A stretch of 64,000 nt of DNA from an uncultured Planctomycetota bacterium (GCA_963845755.1 CAWJTV010000014.1:27371-91370), one strand, 5' to 3'. Shown: positions 30,085 to 41,966, counted from the stretch's first letter. The notes: generated by a model from the letters alone, not told the origin. Made by a program: numbers and translations.

Positions 30085-31004
30085 TCATTTCGGTGTGATC
30101 TCTTCCGTCTGACATTCAGTGAAGTCCACCCCGGGCTCGCCCTGATCCAATGCCTCGTCGAACGCCCGCGCGATGTCCTCGTAGAGGTGCGGCTGGTTCT
30201 CCTTGACCGCGAGCGCGTAATGGCCACCCCCGTCGATGATCTTGGCGGCGATGTCTTTCTGACAACCCATGGCGTCGATGGTCACCACGGCCCCGTTGAG
30301 GTCCAGCATCGCGAGCAAGTCGGGAATGGCCGTAATTTCGTTGGATTTGGCGTCGGTGGCCACTTGCCCCAAGGTCAAATGGTTCACGACCGCCCAGGCG
30401 CTGACGACATGCAGGGCCGAGCGGCCGACGGTGCGCCGCGCCGCGCCGCGTTGGGCCTTACCGTCGATGGCGATCGGCGTCAGCTCGGGCGAATCGGTGG
30501 CGACGGGGGTCAATCCCGTTCGCTCCATCAGCGCCGTCATCCAGGAGGAGAAGCCCTTCTGAAAGGCCAGCGGGTCGAGCAGGCAGAAGACCCGTCGAAA
30601 GGTGTCGTGCGAGGGGATGCCGCCGGGCAATTCGAGGAAGGTCTCGAGCCAGTCGCTCTTGGAGTGGGCATAATCGGCGATCTGCACCCAGTTGTCGGCG
30701 CCGCAGAACACGGCGAGGGTGGCGATGAAAATGATCTCATCGAGTCGGTGGATTCGCCCCTGTTCGCGGCGGGGATCGGGCAAGTCGGCGAAATGATCGA
30801 GGAGTGAGATCGGGTCTTGGGCGGGAGTAGCGGAGGCCGAATCCGAGCTGACGGTCATGGTGTGGACGTCCCTGAAAAGATCGAGTTATCCTGGCGATCG
30901 ATGGTACAAAAGACGTCCGTTTCCCGACCAGCCGGACTGTAGGATCGAGGCGAGATGCTCTTTCCCAGAACACTCAGATATCCCAGGCTGGTGCGTAAGC
31001 CCTG
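30085..31004 (-). mobile_element. Truncated ISAs1-family insertion sequence (transposase 30858-30085, C-terminus missing)
   Basis: LPDPR, GIPSHDTFRRVF, IAIDGKAQRG, KSNEITAIP, VTIDAMGCQKDIA, LAVKENQ; ends at 257 aa. Probable left end CAGGGCTTACGCA at 31004-30992. Confidence 0.85.
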
Positions 31005-31602
31005 TCGCTCACTCCTCCTGCGGACCGCGTGGTCTGCCTGGCCGAGGGTCCGGGAAGGTACGCCGGCAGCTCATTCTCCTCTTGGGTGTCGTGACCTGAT
31101 GGATTCGTTCCGGTCGACGGATCGGCATGATCCGGTTCGACGAATCATGCAAATTGTAGGAACTAGCACGTCACGGGTGCGGTTGTAACGCTCCGGCGGA
31201 TAGGCGCAAAGCGTCCGGCTCCGATCCTTCGTTCGCGTCATTGAGTGAATACCCTGCAGAGCATGTCCGTTAAAGTCGATAAAACCCATAAGGTCGTCTC
31301 GAGTCCGGCCTGCCATGAACTTTGTCTCGATGGAACGCCGTAATCGCATTGCGAGGGGTCGGAAGCCCGGCCCTCGGCGAACAAGGATCGCCTGTACCAG
31401 TCAGGCCCTCGTCCCAGGGCGTCATGCCTCTGCCTCAACAGCCAACCCGCCAGACTTCGGAACCAAGGGCGGGATTCCGGTAGTCGTCACCGAACCGGGG
31501 AGCCGTGAGTCGGGGCGCGGCAGGGCCTTGGCGGGCCCAAGGATCCGCTCGTAGAACGTGAACCTGTCCGACACGGACTCGGTGCGATGGCTCGATGAAC
31601 GA

Positions 31603-32899
31603 ATGCGTGAATTCAAGGAGACGAAGGTGCGGTGGCGACGACCGGCCAAAATCACCATCGTTCTCGCATGGTGGCTCGGCCTCGCGTTCACCGGGAGCGG
31701 ATGCGCCTTCGGCCCCAAGGTGCTGGAACGGACCCACTCGCGGTACAATGACTCGATCCGCCGAGTTTACGAGGAGCAGTTGCTGCAGAACCTCGTTCGC
31801 ATGAGATACGACGAGGCGCCGTTCCGGTTGAATGTCTCGTCCATTGCCGCACAGTACGAGCTGGCCGGAGGCGCCGAGGCCCGGCCCTTCTTCCTGGCCC
31901 CGAACCCAGGTAACAATCCCTACCGCACATTCACTTCGGTCCTGCCGGATGTCAACCTGAGTGGCGCCAACCGACCGACCATCTCGTTCATCCCGTCCAG
32001 CAGTGAGGGGCTCCGTCGGTTCCTGACCCCGATCTCGGCCGACACCTTGGTCTTTCTGGCCTCGACGAGCTGGCCGGCCTCGACCATTTTAAGGCTCTAT
32101 GCGGAGCGATTAAATGGGGTGCCCAACGCCCCGTCGGCCAGCGGCCCTCAACGCGAATTCGCGCCGGATTTCGCTCGATTTCAGCGGATCGCGCACCTGC
32201 TCCAGGTCGCCCAGGACCTGGAGCTGGTCGTCGTCTCTCCGCAGGAACGTGACACCGAGGTTAGCGGGCCGCTGCCGGCGGCGGCCGTCACAGCGTCGGC
32301 GGCCCTAGAGGCTGCGAAGGACACCATGGAGTATCGCCCGCGTGGAGATGGGTCCTCCTGGGTTTTGGTCCGGAAGGAGCATAAGCTCGTGCTGGTGGTG
32401 AACCCGGCCGCGATCGGCCACCCCATCATGGTCGAACTGGAGCAATTGCTCAATCTGGAACCGGGCCAGTCGCGTTATGATCTCATCGTGGCGAGCGATG
32501 TCTTCGACCCGCTCCGAGCCCCGACCTCGCCATCGAGCGTCTTGCGCCTGACTCCTCGCTCCACCGTTCAGGTCTACTACTACCTCGCCAACGGGGTTGA
32601 GGTGCCGCCCGAGCATCTTGCCGCCGGGCTGATCCGTCACCTCCGTGGCTCCCGACGGCGTGCCGGTCAACTTGCGGGCCGTCACGGCGGGACTCTTCGC
32701 GGTCCACACCTGCCAGGGACACAAGCCACCGCCTCAGGCTTATGTCGCGGTCAAGTACCGTGGGTATTGGTATTACATCGACGACCGCGACCAGCCGAGC
32801 AAGACGACATTCGCGCTGGTCCTTCAGGTCAGTCGGTTGGACTTCGGCCTCCAGGAGGGTGCGAGCGGCCCCTTCCTGACGCTGCCGGTCGGGAGGTAA
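31603..32899 (+). CDS. Hypothetical lipoprotein (frameshift near 32640)
   Basis: Lipobox-like LAFTGSGC; EQLLQNLVRMRY; C-terminus AYVAVKYRGYWYYIDDRD...LTLPVGR in the next frame. Confidence 0.7.
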
Positions 32900-33026
32900 G
32901 GTTCTCTCGCTCATTCCCACCGACCCATGAAACACGTCATCGCCCGGGGCTACCTTCCAGGACCCTCGTGCTTTAACATCGGTGGAGGTTTCGCACTTCC
33001 GAACCACTCCTATCGAGGAGCCATCC

Positions 33027-33548
33027 ATGTCGGTCTATCTTCAGCGGGTCCGGCTCACCGTCCACACGAAGAATCAGTTCCTGGCGGGGACCAATTCCAA
33101 GGTCCAGCTCTGCTACCAGGTCGAGGAGAAGCACCTCCATCCGAAGATGGGCCCCGGCGTGTACAGCGCCGACCTGGACCAGCCCTACCATGACGACTTT
33201 CAGAGCGGCAAGGCCGACTCGTACGAGGTCAGCTTCGGGACCGGTAGCCTCGGCGAAGCCATGGGCCGGCCCGTGCCGAACGGGTTGCAATTCGACAGCC
33301 TGGACGACGCCCGGACCTTGCAGCTCCACTTGCGGATCGAGGGCAACGACCAGTGGATCTTCGACCGATTCGCACTGGCCGGCTATTTCGTCGAAGTGCG
33401 GCCAGTGGCCCAGGATGCCGACAAATACGAGGAAGTCGAGCTGGGCTGGCTGGAAATGGCCCGCCACGGCGGCGACGTCGAGATGAGCAGCGACGAGGAC
33501 GAGGGATGCGAGGAATACCCGATCGATCTCAATGGCTCGTTCCAGTGA
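33027..33548 (+). CDS. Hypothetical protein, possibly PLAT/LH2-like beta-sandwich
   Basis: GAGGAG RBS; VHT...AGTNSKV, DDFQSGKADSYEV and GNDQW resemble the PLAT pattern. Confidence 0.55.
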   Translation: MSVYLQRVRLTVHTKNQFLAGTNSKVQLCYQVEEKHLHPKMGPGVYSADLDQPYHDDFQSGKADSYEVSFGTGSLGEAMGRPVPNGLQFDSLDDARTLQLHLRIEGNDQWIFDRFALAGYFVEVRPVAQDADKYEEVELGWLEMARHGGDVEMSSDEDEGCEEYPIDLNGSFQ

Positions 33549-33659
33549 CGAGGACCGAGCCCCGAACTTAAGAGTCCGACGGTATCGCACGACGGCTGGG
33601 AGAGTCTGCCACCAGGTGTGTCCGGTAGCAGCTCTCCCGCTTCGCCTGACGGTAGCCGG

Positions 33660-35420
33660 TCAATTTCGCCCCGGCGGTGTGAAGTTCTCCAATTGTTGGA
33701 GCCGCTTGAGCGCCTCCGAAGCGCGGAGTGTATTGTAGTTGATCCCGCCAGCATTCAGGCTACTTCCGGCCTGATATGGGTACTGCTCGAAGTCCGCGAA
33801 GAACTCCTTGATCTTCTGCTGGACCGGCACGAACAGCCAGAGGAGGTCCCCTTACCATCGGATATACATCCCCGACTCATGGGGCGCCCGCTCGTAGGGG
33901 TCGGCACGCAGGTGGATGATGACCGGCCAGCCGGGAGTATTGCGGGTCCCTGTTGCGATATTCCCGTCCAGGGTCGCGAAGTGGATCTTCCAGTCGTTCC
34001 AGCGGACGGCGTTCAGGTCGCCCCCCTGGCCGAAATAATAGTACTCCTCTCGCGGCGGCTTCTTGGCCTCCCCCTTGAAAAATGGCAGGTAGTTGTAGCC
34101 ATCGAGGTGGACCTTGAAGGTCTTGCCGTTGGCCTGATAGCCGTGCTTGAGCTTCTCGCGGACGTCGGGCTCGCCGGCGGCGGCTGCGAACGTCGGCATC
34201 CAGTCGTTGTGGGCGATCATGTCGTTGATGATCGTCCCCGGCTTGATCACGCCCGGCCAGCGGACCAGGAGCGGCACGCGATGCCCACCTTCCCAGGTCG
34301 TTCCCTTCTCGCCGTGGAACGGCGTCGTGCCGCCATCCGGCCACGAAACGATCTCGGCGCCATTATCGGTTGAATACATGACGATCGTGTTGTCGGCGAT
34401 GCCGAGGTCGTCGACCTTCCGGAGGAGCCGGCCGACCATCCCGTCGTGCTCGACCATGCCGTCGGGATAGAGGCCGATGCCGGTCTTGCCTTCCGACTCT
34501 TTCTTGAGGTGGGTCCAGACGTGCATCCGGGTTGTGTTGAACCACATGAAGAACGGCTTATCCGACCGCTTGGCGCGATCGAGGAAGTCGAACCCCGCCG
34601 CCAGGAACTCCTCGTCGATCGTCTCCATTCGCTTGCGCGTCAATGGGCCGGTGTCCTCGATAGGTCCGTCGGCATTCACCTTGAGCACCCCGCGTGGCCC
34701 GTACTTCTTGCGAAACTCCGGATCCTTCGGGTAGTAGTACCCCTCCGGCTCCTCCTCGGCGTTCAGGTGGTACAGGTTGCCGAAGAACTCGTCGAAGCCG
34801 TGGGCCGTCGGCAAATGATTGTCGCGATCGCCGAGGTGATTCTTGCCGAACTGGGCCGTTGTATAGCCCTGGGCCTTGAGCAAGTCGGCAATCGTCGGAG
34901 TCCAGTCGGGGATGCCGTGGGGCGAGCCTGGCATGCCGATCGTCAACAGCCCGGTGCGAAACGGATGCTGGCCGAGGATGAAGGCTGCACGGCCCGCGGT
35001 GCAAGACTGCTCGCCGTAGGCATCGGTGAAGAGTGCTCCTTCCCTGGCGAGCCGGTCGATGTTGGGCGTGCGATAACCCATAACACCGTGACTGTAGGCG
35101 CTGATGTTGTGGACGCCGATGTCATCGCCCCAGATCACCAGGATGTTCGGCTTCTTGCCGGCGACCTGAGCTCCCGCGAGGGCCGAACCACCACTCGGCG
35201 TGGCCAGGGCCAGGAGCGTCCCTTTGCCGATGTCGTCCGAGCAACACGCAGGTCCGTCGTCGGAGGGCTTGGCGGACATGGCTCGGCCCGGATCGGCCGT
35301 GGGCCGCTGCGCCGCCTGCGCGCTCGGGAAGGGGTTCAACTTGTCGGATGCCGCCAGGTAGCCCAGCAAGGCACCCGTGGCAAGAATCGCCAGGGATTGA
35401 AGTCGTGTGCCTCGAATCAT
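33660..35420 (-). CDS. Arylsulfatase with in-frame TAA at 33854-33852 (pseudogene or sequence error)
   Basis: KPNILVIWGDD, SCTAGRAAFI, GKNHLGD, TDNG, KGTTWEGG; the frame continues past W-TAA as GDLLWLFVPVQQKIKEFF...PPGRN* to 33660. Confidence 0.85.
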
Positions 35421-35430
35421 GCTGTAACTT

Positions 35431-37869
35431 TCACCGGGTAAACGTGAGAGCGGGGGCGTTGTTGCCTCCGCCCATGAGGTGGAATACGAATTTGCTCGCG
35501 TCCTTCGATTCGATCTTTCCGGCCAGCGGCGGACCCTCCTCCTGGGTCAAACTGAGCACGTCGTTGACGTAGACCGCGCGGCCGGTGATGGTCTCTTGCT
35601 TCTGTCCCTTGTTCGCAACATCCCAGGTGTAGGCGCCATCGGCCTGGAGCGCAAGCGTGATGGCGGTGTCGGGGGACGGAGCGGCCTTCCAGGTACCGGT
35701 CAGCTCCGCGGGAGGTGGTGGCGGAGCAGGCGCCTCGGCCGGCTCGGTCGCGGAAGAAGAAGCTGGCGCCACGGCAGGAGCCGCTCCCGGAATGGACGGG
35801 GCCGGCGGGGCCGCGGTAGCGGGTGCTCCCGCAAGGACCGGCCCCGTCGCCGTCGCGGGGGCTGTCGCAGGTTCGTTGGCTTTGGTCAAGGCTTTGGCGA
35901 ACGAAGCCGAGAGCCGGTCCTTCGGCTCGAGGTTCACGACATTCGTAAACTCGGCTCCAGCCGCTTCGGTGTTGCCTTCAACGAGGTAGTGGTAGGCGAG
36001 CAGAAACCTCGTCGACGTCGCGTTAGGATTGCTCCGGGCCGCCGCCTCGAGACCGCGGAGCTGGTTGGTGTAGGTGTTGACGTCGGGATAAAGACCGACC
36101 AGCGTCGCCCAGCTCCAGCAGGGGCCGGCCGAGAGCACGGCATAGGCGACCGAGGCTGCTTCGTCATAGCGCCTCAAGGCAAACAAGCACAATGATCGAA
36201 ACTCATGGACGACCGGAGCATTGGGGGTCGCCTTGATGACCTGGTCGATCAGATCGAGCGCCCGCTGGTAGTCACCCGCCTTGAAAGAGTCGCGCGCGGC
36301 GGAAAACACCTGTTCGCTGCTGTCTGCGGCGCTCGGGTCAGGCGGGGCGGTCGTGACGTTGATCGGCTGCGAGTAATCGTAGACGGCCGTTGTGGCAGCC
36401 GGCTGGGCCCCTACGGCGGTCGAGTAGTAAGGGTTGATATAGTTGCTGCTCAGCCAGGTACTCGCCATCGAGCCCAGCCCCCATCCGCCGATGCTGCTCA
36501 CTCCCCAGGTCGGGAAGTAGTCATACACGCCGTAGCCGGTTCCATAACCGTAGCCTCCATAGACCGGATAGCCATAACCCCCATAACCGTACCCGCCCAG
36601 AGCCGAGTAATAGCTCGAAGCGCCAAACGCAGAGCCCAGGCCGAACGAGGTCAGGGCGCCGAGGCCGTAGCCGCCCCAGAACGAGCCGAGATTGCCGCCC
36701 CAGCCACGATACCAGTTGCCATAGTAAGGCGAGGCCCAGCCGCCGCCGAATCCGCCGTAGCCTCCATAGCCCCAATTCCTCCCACCACCGAAGTTGTTGT
36801 TACCGCCAAAATAGTTACTATTATTTATATTGTTATTGGTAAAGTTGTTTCCGCCGTAGTTCGGCCGGTTGACGACGCCGAGGTTGTCTCCAATCTGGCC
36901 GATATTGCCGGATGCGATATTGCCATTCCCGATGCCCCAGTTGTTGCGATTGGCAATACCCTGTCCGTTGTTCCAGCCAGGTCGATTGCCACCGGGCCTC
37001 TGCGTACCTCCGCCGTTCCACCCCGGACGGTTCCAGGGGGGTCGATTGCCGCCGGGCCACTGGGTGCCGCCGCCACCGCCACCGGGACGATTGTTCCATC
37101 CAGGTCGATTGCCGCCAGGCCACTGGGTGCCGCCGCCGCCACCACCGGGACGATTGCCGCCGCCGGGACGATTGCCGCTGCCGCCGCCGGGACGATCGCC
37201 GCCACCGGGACGATTGCCGCCGCCACCGGGACGGCTACCGCCACCGGGAAATAGGTTGCCGCCACCGCCGCCGGGACGATCGCCGCCACCGGGACGATTG
37301 CCACCGCCACCGGGACGATTACCGCCACCGGGAATTGGGTTGCCGCCACCACCGCCACCGGGCCGGCCGCCGCCGCCACCGGGACGATTACCACCGCCGG
37401 GAAGTAGGTTGCCGCCACCGCCACCGGGACGATTGCCGCCGGTCCCAGGACGATTGCCACCTCCGGGAAGCCCACCACCGCCGCCGGGACGATTGCCGCC
37501 GCCAGGACGTCCACCGCCGCCAGGATTGCCTCCCATGCCAGGGCGATTACCGCCGCCCTGGCCAGGAAGGCTCGCGGGCCTGGTCATGCCACCGCCACCG
37601 GGGCGATTGCCGAGGTTACCCATACCCGGTCGGGCCATATTCCCGCCCCCCGTCGGCCGGTTCATGCCGCCCATGGCCGGCCGGTTCATCGGCGTGGAGG
37701 GGCGCGCCATACCACCCGGACGACTCATGCCGCCCGCCGGACGCGCCGTGCCGCCACCCCGCCGTGCGCCGCCGCCGCCGCCCCGGCCTCGCTGGGCGTA
37801 GGCCACCTGCATATCGCCGAGGACAATCAGGGCCGCCACCAGGGCGATCGTCAATGTATGCCGCAACAT
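35431..37869 (-). CDS. Secreted protein with (GGGNRP)n low-complexity region and TPR domain
   Basis: Signal peptide ending AYA-Q; many GGGNRP repeats; G/Y-rich segment; TPR-like ARDSFKAGDYQRAL...RFLLAYHYL. Confidence 0.8.
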   Translation of the reverse strand: MLRHTLTIALVAALIVLGDMQVAYAQRGRGGGGGARRGGGTARPAGGMSRPGGMARPSTPMNRPAMGGMNRPTGGGNMARPGMGNLGNRPGGGGMTRPASLPGQGGGNRPGMGGNPGGGGRPGGGNRPGGGGGLPGGGNRPGTGGNRPGGGGGNLLPGGGNRPGGGGGRPGGGGGGNPIPGGGNRPGGGGNRPGGGDRPGGGGGNLFPGGGSRPGGGGNRPGGGDRPGGGSGNRPGGGNRPGGGGGGTQWPGGNRPGWNNRPGGGGGGTQWPGGNRPPWNRPGWNGGGTQRPGGNRPGWNNGQGIANRNNWGIGNGNIASGNIGQIGDNLGVVNRPNYGGNNFTNNNINNSNYFGGNNNFGGGRNWGYGGYGGFGGGWASPYYGNWYRGWGGNLGSFWGGYGLGALTSFGLGSAFGASSYYSALGGYGYGGYGYPVYGGYGYGTGYGVYDYFPTWGVSSIGGWGLGSMASTWLSSNYINPYYSTAVGAQPAATTAVYDYSQPINVTTAPPDPSAADSSEQVFSAARDSFKAGDYQRALDLIDQVIKATPNAPVVHEFRSLCLFALRRYDEAASVAYAVLSAGPCWSWATLVGLYPDVNTYTNQLRGLEAAARSNPNATSTRFLLAYHYLVEGNTEAAGAEFTNVVNLEPKDRLSASFAKALTKANEPATAPATATGPVLAGAPATAAPPAPSIPGAAPAVAPASSSATEPAEAPAPPPPPAELTGTWKAAPSPDTAITLALQADGAYTWDVANKGQKQETITGRAVYVNDVLSLTQEEGPPLAGKIESKDASKFVFHLMGGGNNAPALTFTR

Positions 37870-38052
37870 GGGATACCTCGCGGTGTCGCTAGGTTGGTGT
37901 CAGGAGGCTGATCGAGCGTTGGTACGGGCCATTCCGTCACACAGACCGGAAAACCTGGCACGCGCCGAGATCCGGGCGCCGAACTGCTTGAGGCGGTTGC
38001 TAGAACCCCGGTTGGGAATGATTCGTCCAGGCTTAGAAACGATCCGAGAATC

Positions 38053-38116
38053 TTGTAGGGTGGGTGAAACCCACCAGGAAGTGTGCCGATTCTGGTGGGT
38101 TTCACCCACCCTACAA
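38053..38116. repeat. GTAG-family REP doublet (perfect 25-bp inverted repeat)
   Basis: TTGTAGGGTGGGTGAAACCCACCAG-N14-CTGGTGGGTTTCACCCACCCTACAA. Confidence 0.85.
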
Positions 38117-38144
38117 ACCCCGGATCCGCTTCTCGGACAGTTTC

Positions 38145-39189
38145 TTAGTTGCGAGATGCGCCGCTGCCCGGTGGCGCGGGTGCGGCCGCCGGCCGAGACG
38201 GCGCGCCGCCGGGCTGAGGAGGCTTGCGGACCATCACGACATCCGCGATGTCGGGCGCGATCTGTCCGCCGATGATCCGGTCGATCGAGCTGGTCTTGAC
38301 CGAATCGTTGTTAAGGACAACGTGAATCTGGGTGGCCGAGGTCGGTCGGCCGTCGCGGAGCACGCCCGACGCCTTCACGACCCACTCCTTCTCGCCGGTT
38401 CGCGTCCATAGCCCCTCGCCGTGCCCGCCGTTGGAATCGAATAGCCACGATTTGATCTGGCCAGTCTGAGGGTCCCAACCCAAGAACATCGTGCCCGACG
38501 TTGCCGACTCGCCTTTGACTTCAACCTGATATGTCCGGATCAAGAAGCTCCTGTTGTCGGCCCAGCGCACAGTCGAACTGGATTTGACGCTGTCACTCTC
38601 GTCGACCCAATCGCCAACCATCCACTCGAGCTCTTTGAGCCGTTCGTAGCTGGAAACGTCTTCGACGGGGGCCGGGTATTCTCGGATCTCGGCCACCAGC
38701 CACTTCCCGTCTCGTTTCACGATCAGGCTGCTGAATCGAGTGAAGTCCGAGGCGTCCCCGCTGTCGGTGCTGAGACGAGTATGACCTTCGATGCGGGCCA
38801 CGTCGGGGGTGAGGAATCGGATCTCCTCCACTTTGGGCTCGAGTTTCAGATCCGGGTTGTCCTCGAAGGACGATGTATACATCTCGGCGATGGCCGACTT
38901 GCCACGAGTGGCCTCGCCCCCGGAATCGACGACATTGGCGTCGTCGGTGAACAAAGCCGCCAGGGCCTTGGTGTCCGGTGCGCTGTAGGCTTTGGCGAAG
39001 GCATCGACCAGGTCGCGGATCGGCTTTTCCTCGGCGCTTTGGGCCGGCGTGGTCGCACCTTGTGCCGGTGCAGCGGCGGCAGGCGGCAGACTGCGGCGGT
39101 ACCTGGCCTGAAACGAGCCGGAGGTAGCCCAGGAAGAGGCACGTGAAGAGCAGTGCCGAGACCACGGAGTATCGAGTCGTTCTCATCAT
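38145..39189 (-). CDS. SgcJ/EcaC-like (NTF2/DUF4440) secreted protein (frameshift near 39090)
   Basis: Signal MMRTTRYSVV..., then LVDAFAKAY...ALFTDDA, IRFLTPDVA, KRDGKWLV, LEWMVGDW, GWDPQTGQIKSWLFDSNGG. Confidence 0.75.
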
Positions 39190-39649
39190 GTGTCTCGCAG
39201 AATATCGTCTTGGTGGGAGTAAATCATGACGGCAAACTGATCGAGGCCCCTTTCGTCGGGGAGTACGCGCTTGAACCGCGCGTAGCGATCGGGCGAAGCC
39301 GGCTGGCACCGAACACAGGCTGCGGGATACCTCAGGATGCTTGGCCCGTACACTCGGAGCCGCCAATCCAGTTGGCTCGACGATCCTTGAAGGGGACTGG
39401 ACGGCCGACATGCATTCGATTGCGACAGCTCAGATGCTACTGTCGGGCTGACGCTACTTCAAGCGCGTCGAGAACAATCGAGAACTCAAACGTCTCAACT
39501 TCACCCGCCAGCAGCCAGGTGCCACTTTCTTCCCCCTGTCGGTCGCAGGTACTGCCCGAACTCGGCGCCTCTACTAATGAGCGAGGATACGAGGTCGGCG
39601 CCTCGGTGGCGAGCCGTCGCCACTCGCCAACCCCAGAAGAGATGGGACC

Positions 39650-40300
39650 GTTCGAAATGAAGTGAGATCACGACTCGCGACCAAAGAATCCCAAGAATCC
39701 GCGCTTGAAGATTCACGAGGGTCTTTACAAAGATCCGGTGATCTCGCATCATACGGCATAAGCCGTCGGGCAGACAGTTCGAGGCCTGTCGCCCGAAAGG
39801 CTGACAAGCTTCCTCACATCTCGACATCGCTTCAACGTCGCGGTGAGAGTATGGGGAGGCACCGGGCGATTTGGTCGGCCCTAACTTGGGATACCCCCGC
39901 CCGATCAAGTCTGCACCTTTGTCGCCAACATCGCATGTCGTCAACTGGTCTGACGTGGGATGATGGGCGGTCTTCTGAGGCTGTCCGAGAACTGCTCCAC
40001 AGTGTTGCCTTGATGGCTCCGCACTTCTCTGCGGGTATGGAGGAGTCTCGTATCCCAAGCAAATCTGCATGATCGTCGCCAACTGGACAGGCGGATGGAA
40101 GACCGTTTCGAATCGGGAGATTCATCGCCTTTATGAATCTCCTGCTCAGCCGCTTCGAAGTGGATCACTGGCGATGCTATCTCGCTTCGGAGCCGCAGAA
40201 GATCTGGCACGGCGCGAGCGGCTACCATCCCTGAGCATCGAGATGAGTGTGGAACCGACTCGCCAGGGCCGGCGAGTATCAGCCGACACTCTGTTGCTAT
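39650..40300 (-). pseudogene. Possible heavily decayed IS5-like transposase remnant
   Basis: Non-coding-looking stretch with scattered fragments VGDKGAD and RRLMPYDARS reminiscent of IS5 DDE motifs; no intact frame. Confidence 0.25.
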
Positions 40301-40798
40301 TCCCACCAGGGTACGTCCGGCGATCAGGGGCGTGTGAGAGCCCTTGGAAAAACAGTGACGGTCCTGATGAGTGATCTGCTGGTCGAGGACCACACGGAGG
40401 GTAACCGATCGGCCCACAGAAGTGGGCGCGGCGGACCTGACGGGATCACTGGCGGGGACAGCGAGCGCTTCGACCGCACCCGTGGAAGCTGCGCTCGCAG
40501 GAACCGTTCACCGATCGCTTTGGCCTGAAAGTGGCGATCTGCCATCGCGCGATCGTTGACAGGCCACCGCAAATTATCTCGCCGTCGCACGCCATCACCC
40601 GCAGGCGGCGCGTCATCCCTCGCACGGGCAACACGAGGATGCCAGGGAGCACGCGACCACGGCTCACGAGCACAGTGAGCACGGCCCGAGACATTCGTAA
40701 ACATCGACAGGTGTCGGTCGCTCGACCTTGGGCCGTCTGAGTGCATCGGGTCGAGGGCGATGAATGATTACCCATCCAAAAATCGAGGGAGGTCAGTG

Positions 40799-41113
40799 AT
40801 GTCGGACACCGTGGGCAAGGTTGAACAGAAGATTGATGACGCCGCGGGCGCCGCGAAGTTGACAGTCAAGGGGGCTGCCGACGCAACCGGCCGGGCCGCT
40901 GGAGCCGTCGGCAACGCGGCGTCGTCAGCGGCCGATACGGCCAAGTCCGCGGCCGAGGCGACCGGCCACGCCGCAAAGTCGGTGGTGCAGGGCGCGGGCA
41001 ACGCGATCAAATCTGCGGCGAAGGCTGTCGCGCATGGGGCTGGCAGCGTTGCCGCGAAGGCTGGTGAGGCCGTGAAGGAGGTCGGTGAGAAGATCGAGCA
41101 AGCCACCGAGTGA
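40799..41113 (+). CDS. Small Ala/Lys-rich amphipathic (LEA/CsbD-like) protein
   Basis: GGGAGG RBS; repetitive AKSAA/GNAIK helical pattern. Confidence 0.7.
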   Translation: MSDTVGKVEQKIDDAAGAAKLTVKGAADATGRAAGAVGNAASSAADTAKSAAEATGHAAKSVVQGAGNAIKSAAKAVAHGAGSVAAKAGEAVKEVGEKIEQATE

Positions 41114-41240
41114 GTCCTTACCGAGCCAGGAGAGATTCGCGCGCGACTTCGCCGCTTGATCATGTTGCCAGGTCGCTCGCGAGTTCTGACCGGGCCTCTC
41201 GGTCGATCTGGCTCACTCGAACCTGGGAGGAGGCAGACCG

Positions 41241-41966
41241 ATGGTTGAGACGAACGTGCCGAGCGCGGTCGACTTGCTGGCCGTGCGCAGTCGCGTGAGC
41301 TGGGGCGCCATCGCCGCCGGGGCGATGGTGGCCCTGACGATTTATGTCGTGCTAACCATTTTGGGCGTCGCCCTGGGCATCGAGGTGGCCGTCCGTCGAT
41401 CGGGCACCGAACTCGGCGCCGGGGCAGCGATCTACTCGATTCTCGCTCTGTTGCTGGCGATGTTCTTCGGCGGCTGGGCCACCAGCCGTCTGGCGGTCGG
41501 CGAAAGCAAGATGGAGGCCGTCCTCTACGGCCTGATCCTCTGGGGCGTGCTCTTCACCGGGATGATCTGGCTGCTGGCCTCCGGCATCCGGACCGGGTTC
41601 GGCGGCCTGGTCGGTCTGGCTTCTGGGGCCTACACGACCGATGAAGGCCGGATCGACGTTGACCGGGTCGCAAGCGACCTGAAGCGGGCGGGCGTGGATG
41701 AGGCGATGGTCACCAAGTACCGCGGCTTCTACGAGCGGGTCCGAGAGAATCCCGGCGCCGCGGCGGAGGTGAGCCGCGAGGTGAGCGGCGAACTGGGTGC
41801 GCAGCAGGCGGCCCGGCAGGCCTCTTGGTGGTCGCTGGCCGGCGTGCTCATCTCGCTGGTGACCGTCATCATCGGATCTTTGGTCGGTTCCGGGGAGCTA
41901 CTCCAGCCCGTGCCGATCCTGGGCGTTCGCCGCGTACCCGGCGACCGGCGTATTCGAACCACTTGA
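41241..41966 (+). CDS. Hypothetical membrane protein (SRVSWGAIxAG type)
   Basis: GGAGG RBS; SRVSWGAIAAG and about 4 hydrophobic helices. Confidence 0.75.
   Translation: MVETNVPSAVDLLAVRSRVSWGAIAAGAMVALTIYVVLTILGVALGIEVAVRRSGTELGAGAAIYSILALLLAMFFGGWATSRLAVGESKMEAVLYGLILWGVLFTGMIWLLASGIRTGFGGLVGLASGAYTTDEGRIDVDRVASDLKRAGVDEAMVTKYRGFYERVRENPGAAAEVSREVSGELGAQQAARQASWWSLAGVLISLVTVIIGSLVGSGELLQPVPILGVRRVPGDRRIRTT

Noticed and set aside
33852..33854. Recoded stop in the sulfatase
   Set aside because: The codon is TAA at a probable Tyr position, not UGA or UAG at a catalytic site.
36900..37800. DNA tandem repeat and plus-strand Pro- or Cys-rich ORFs (36869..37801, 36912..37892)
   Set aside because: They are antisense shadows of the GGGNRP coding repeats on the minus strand.
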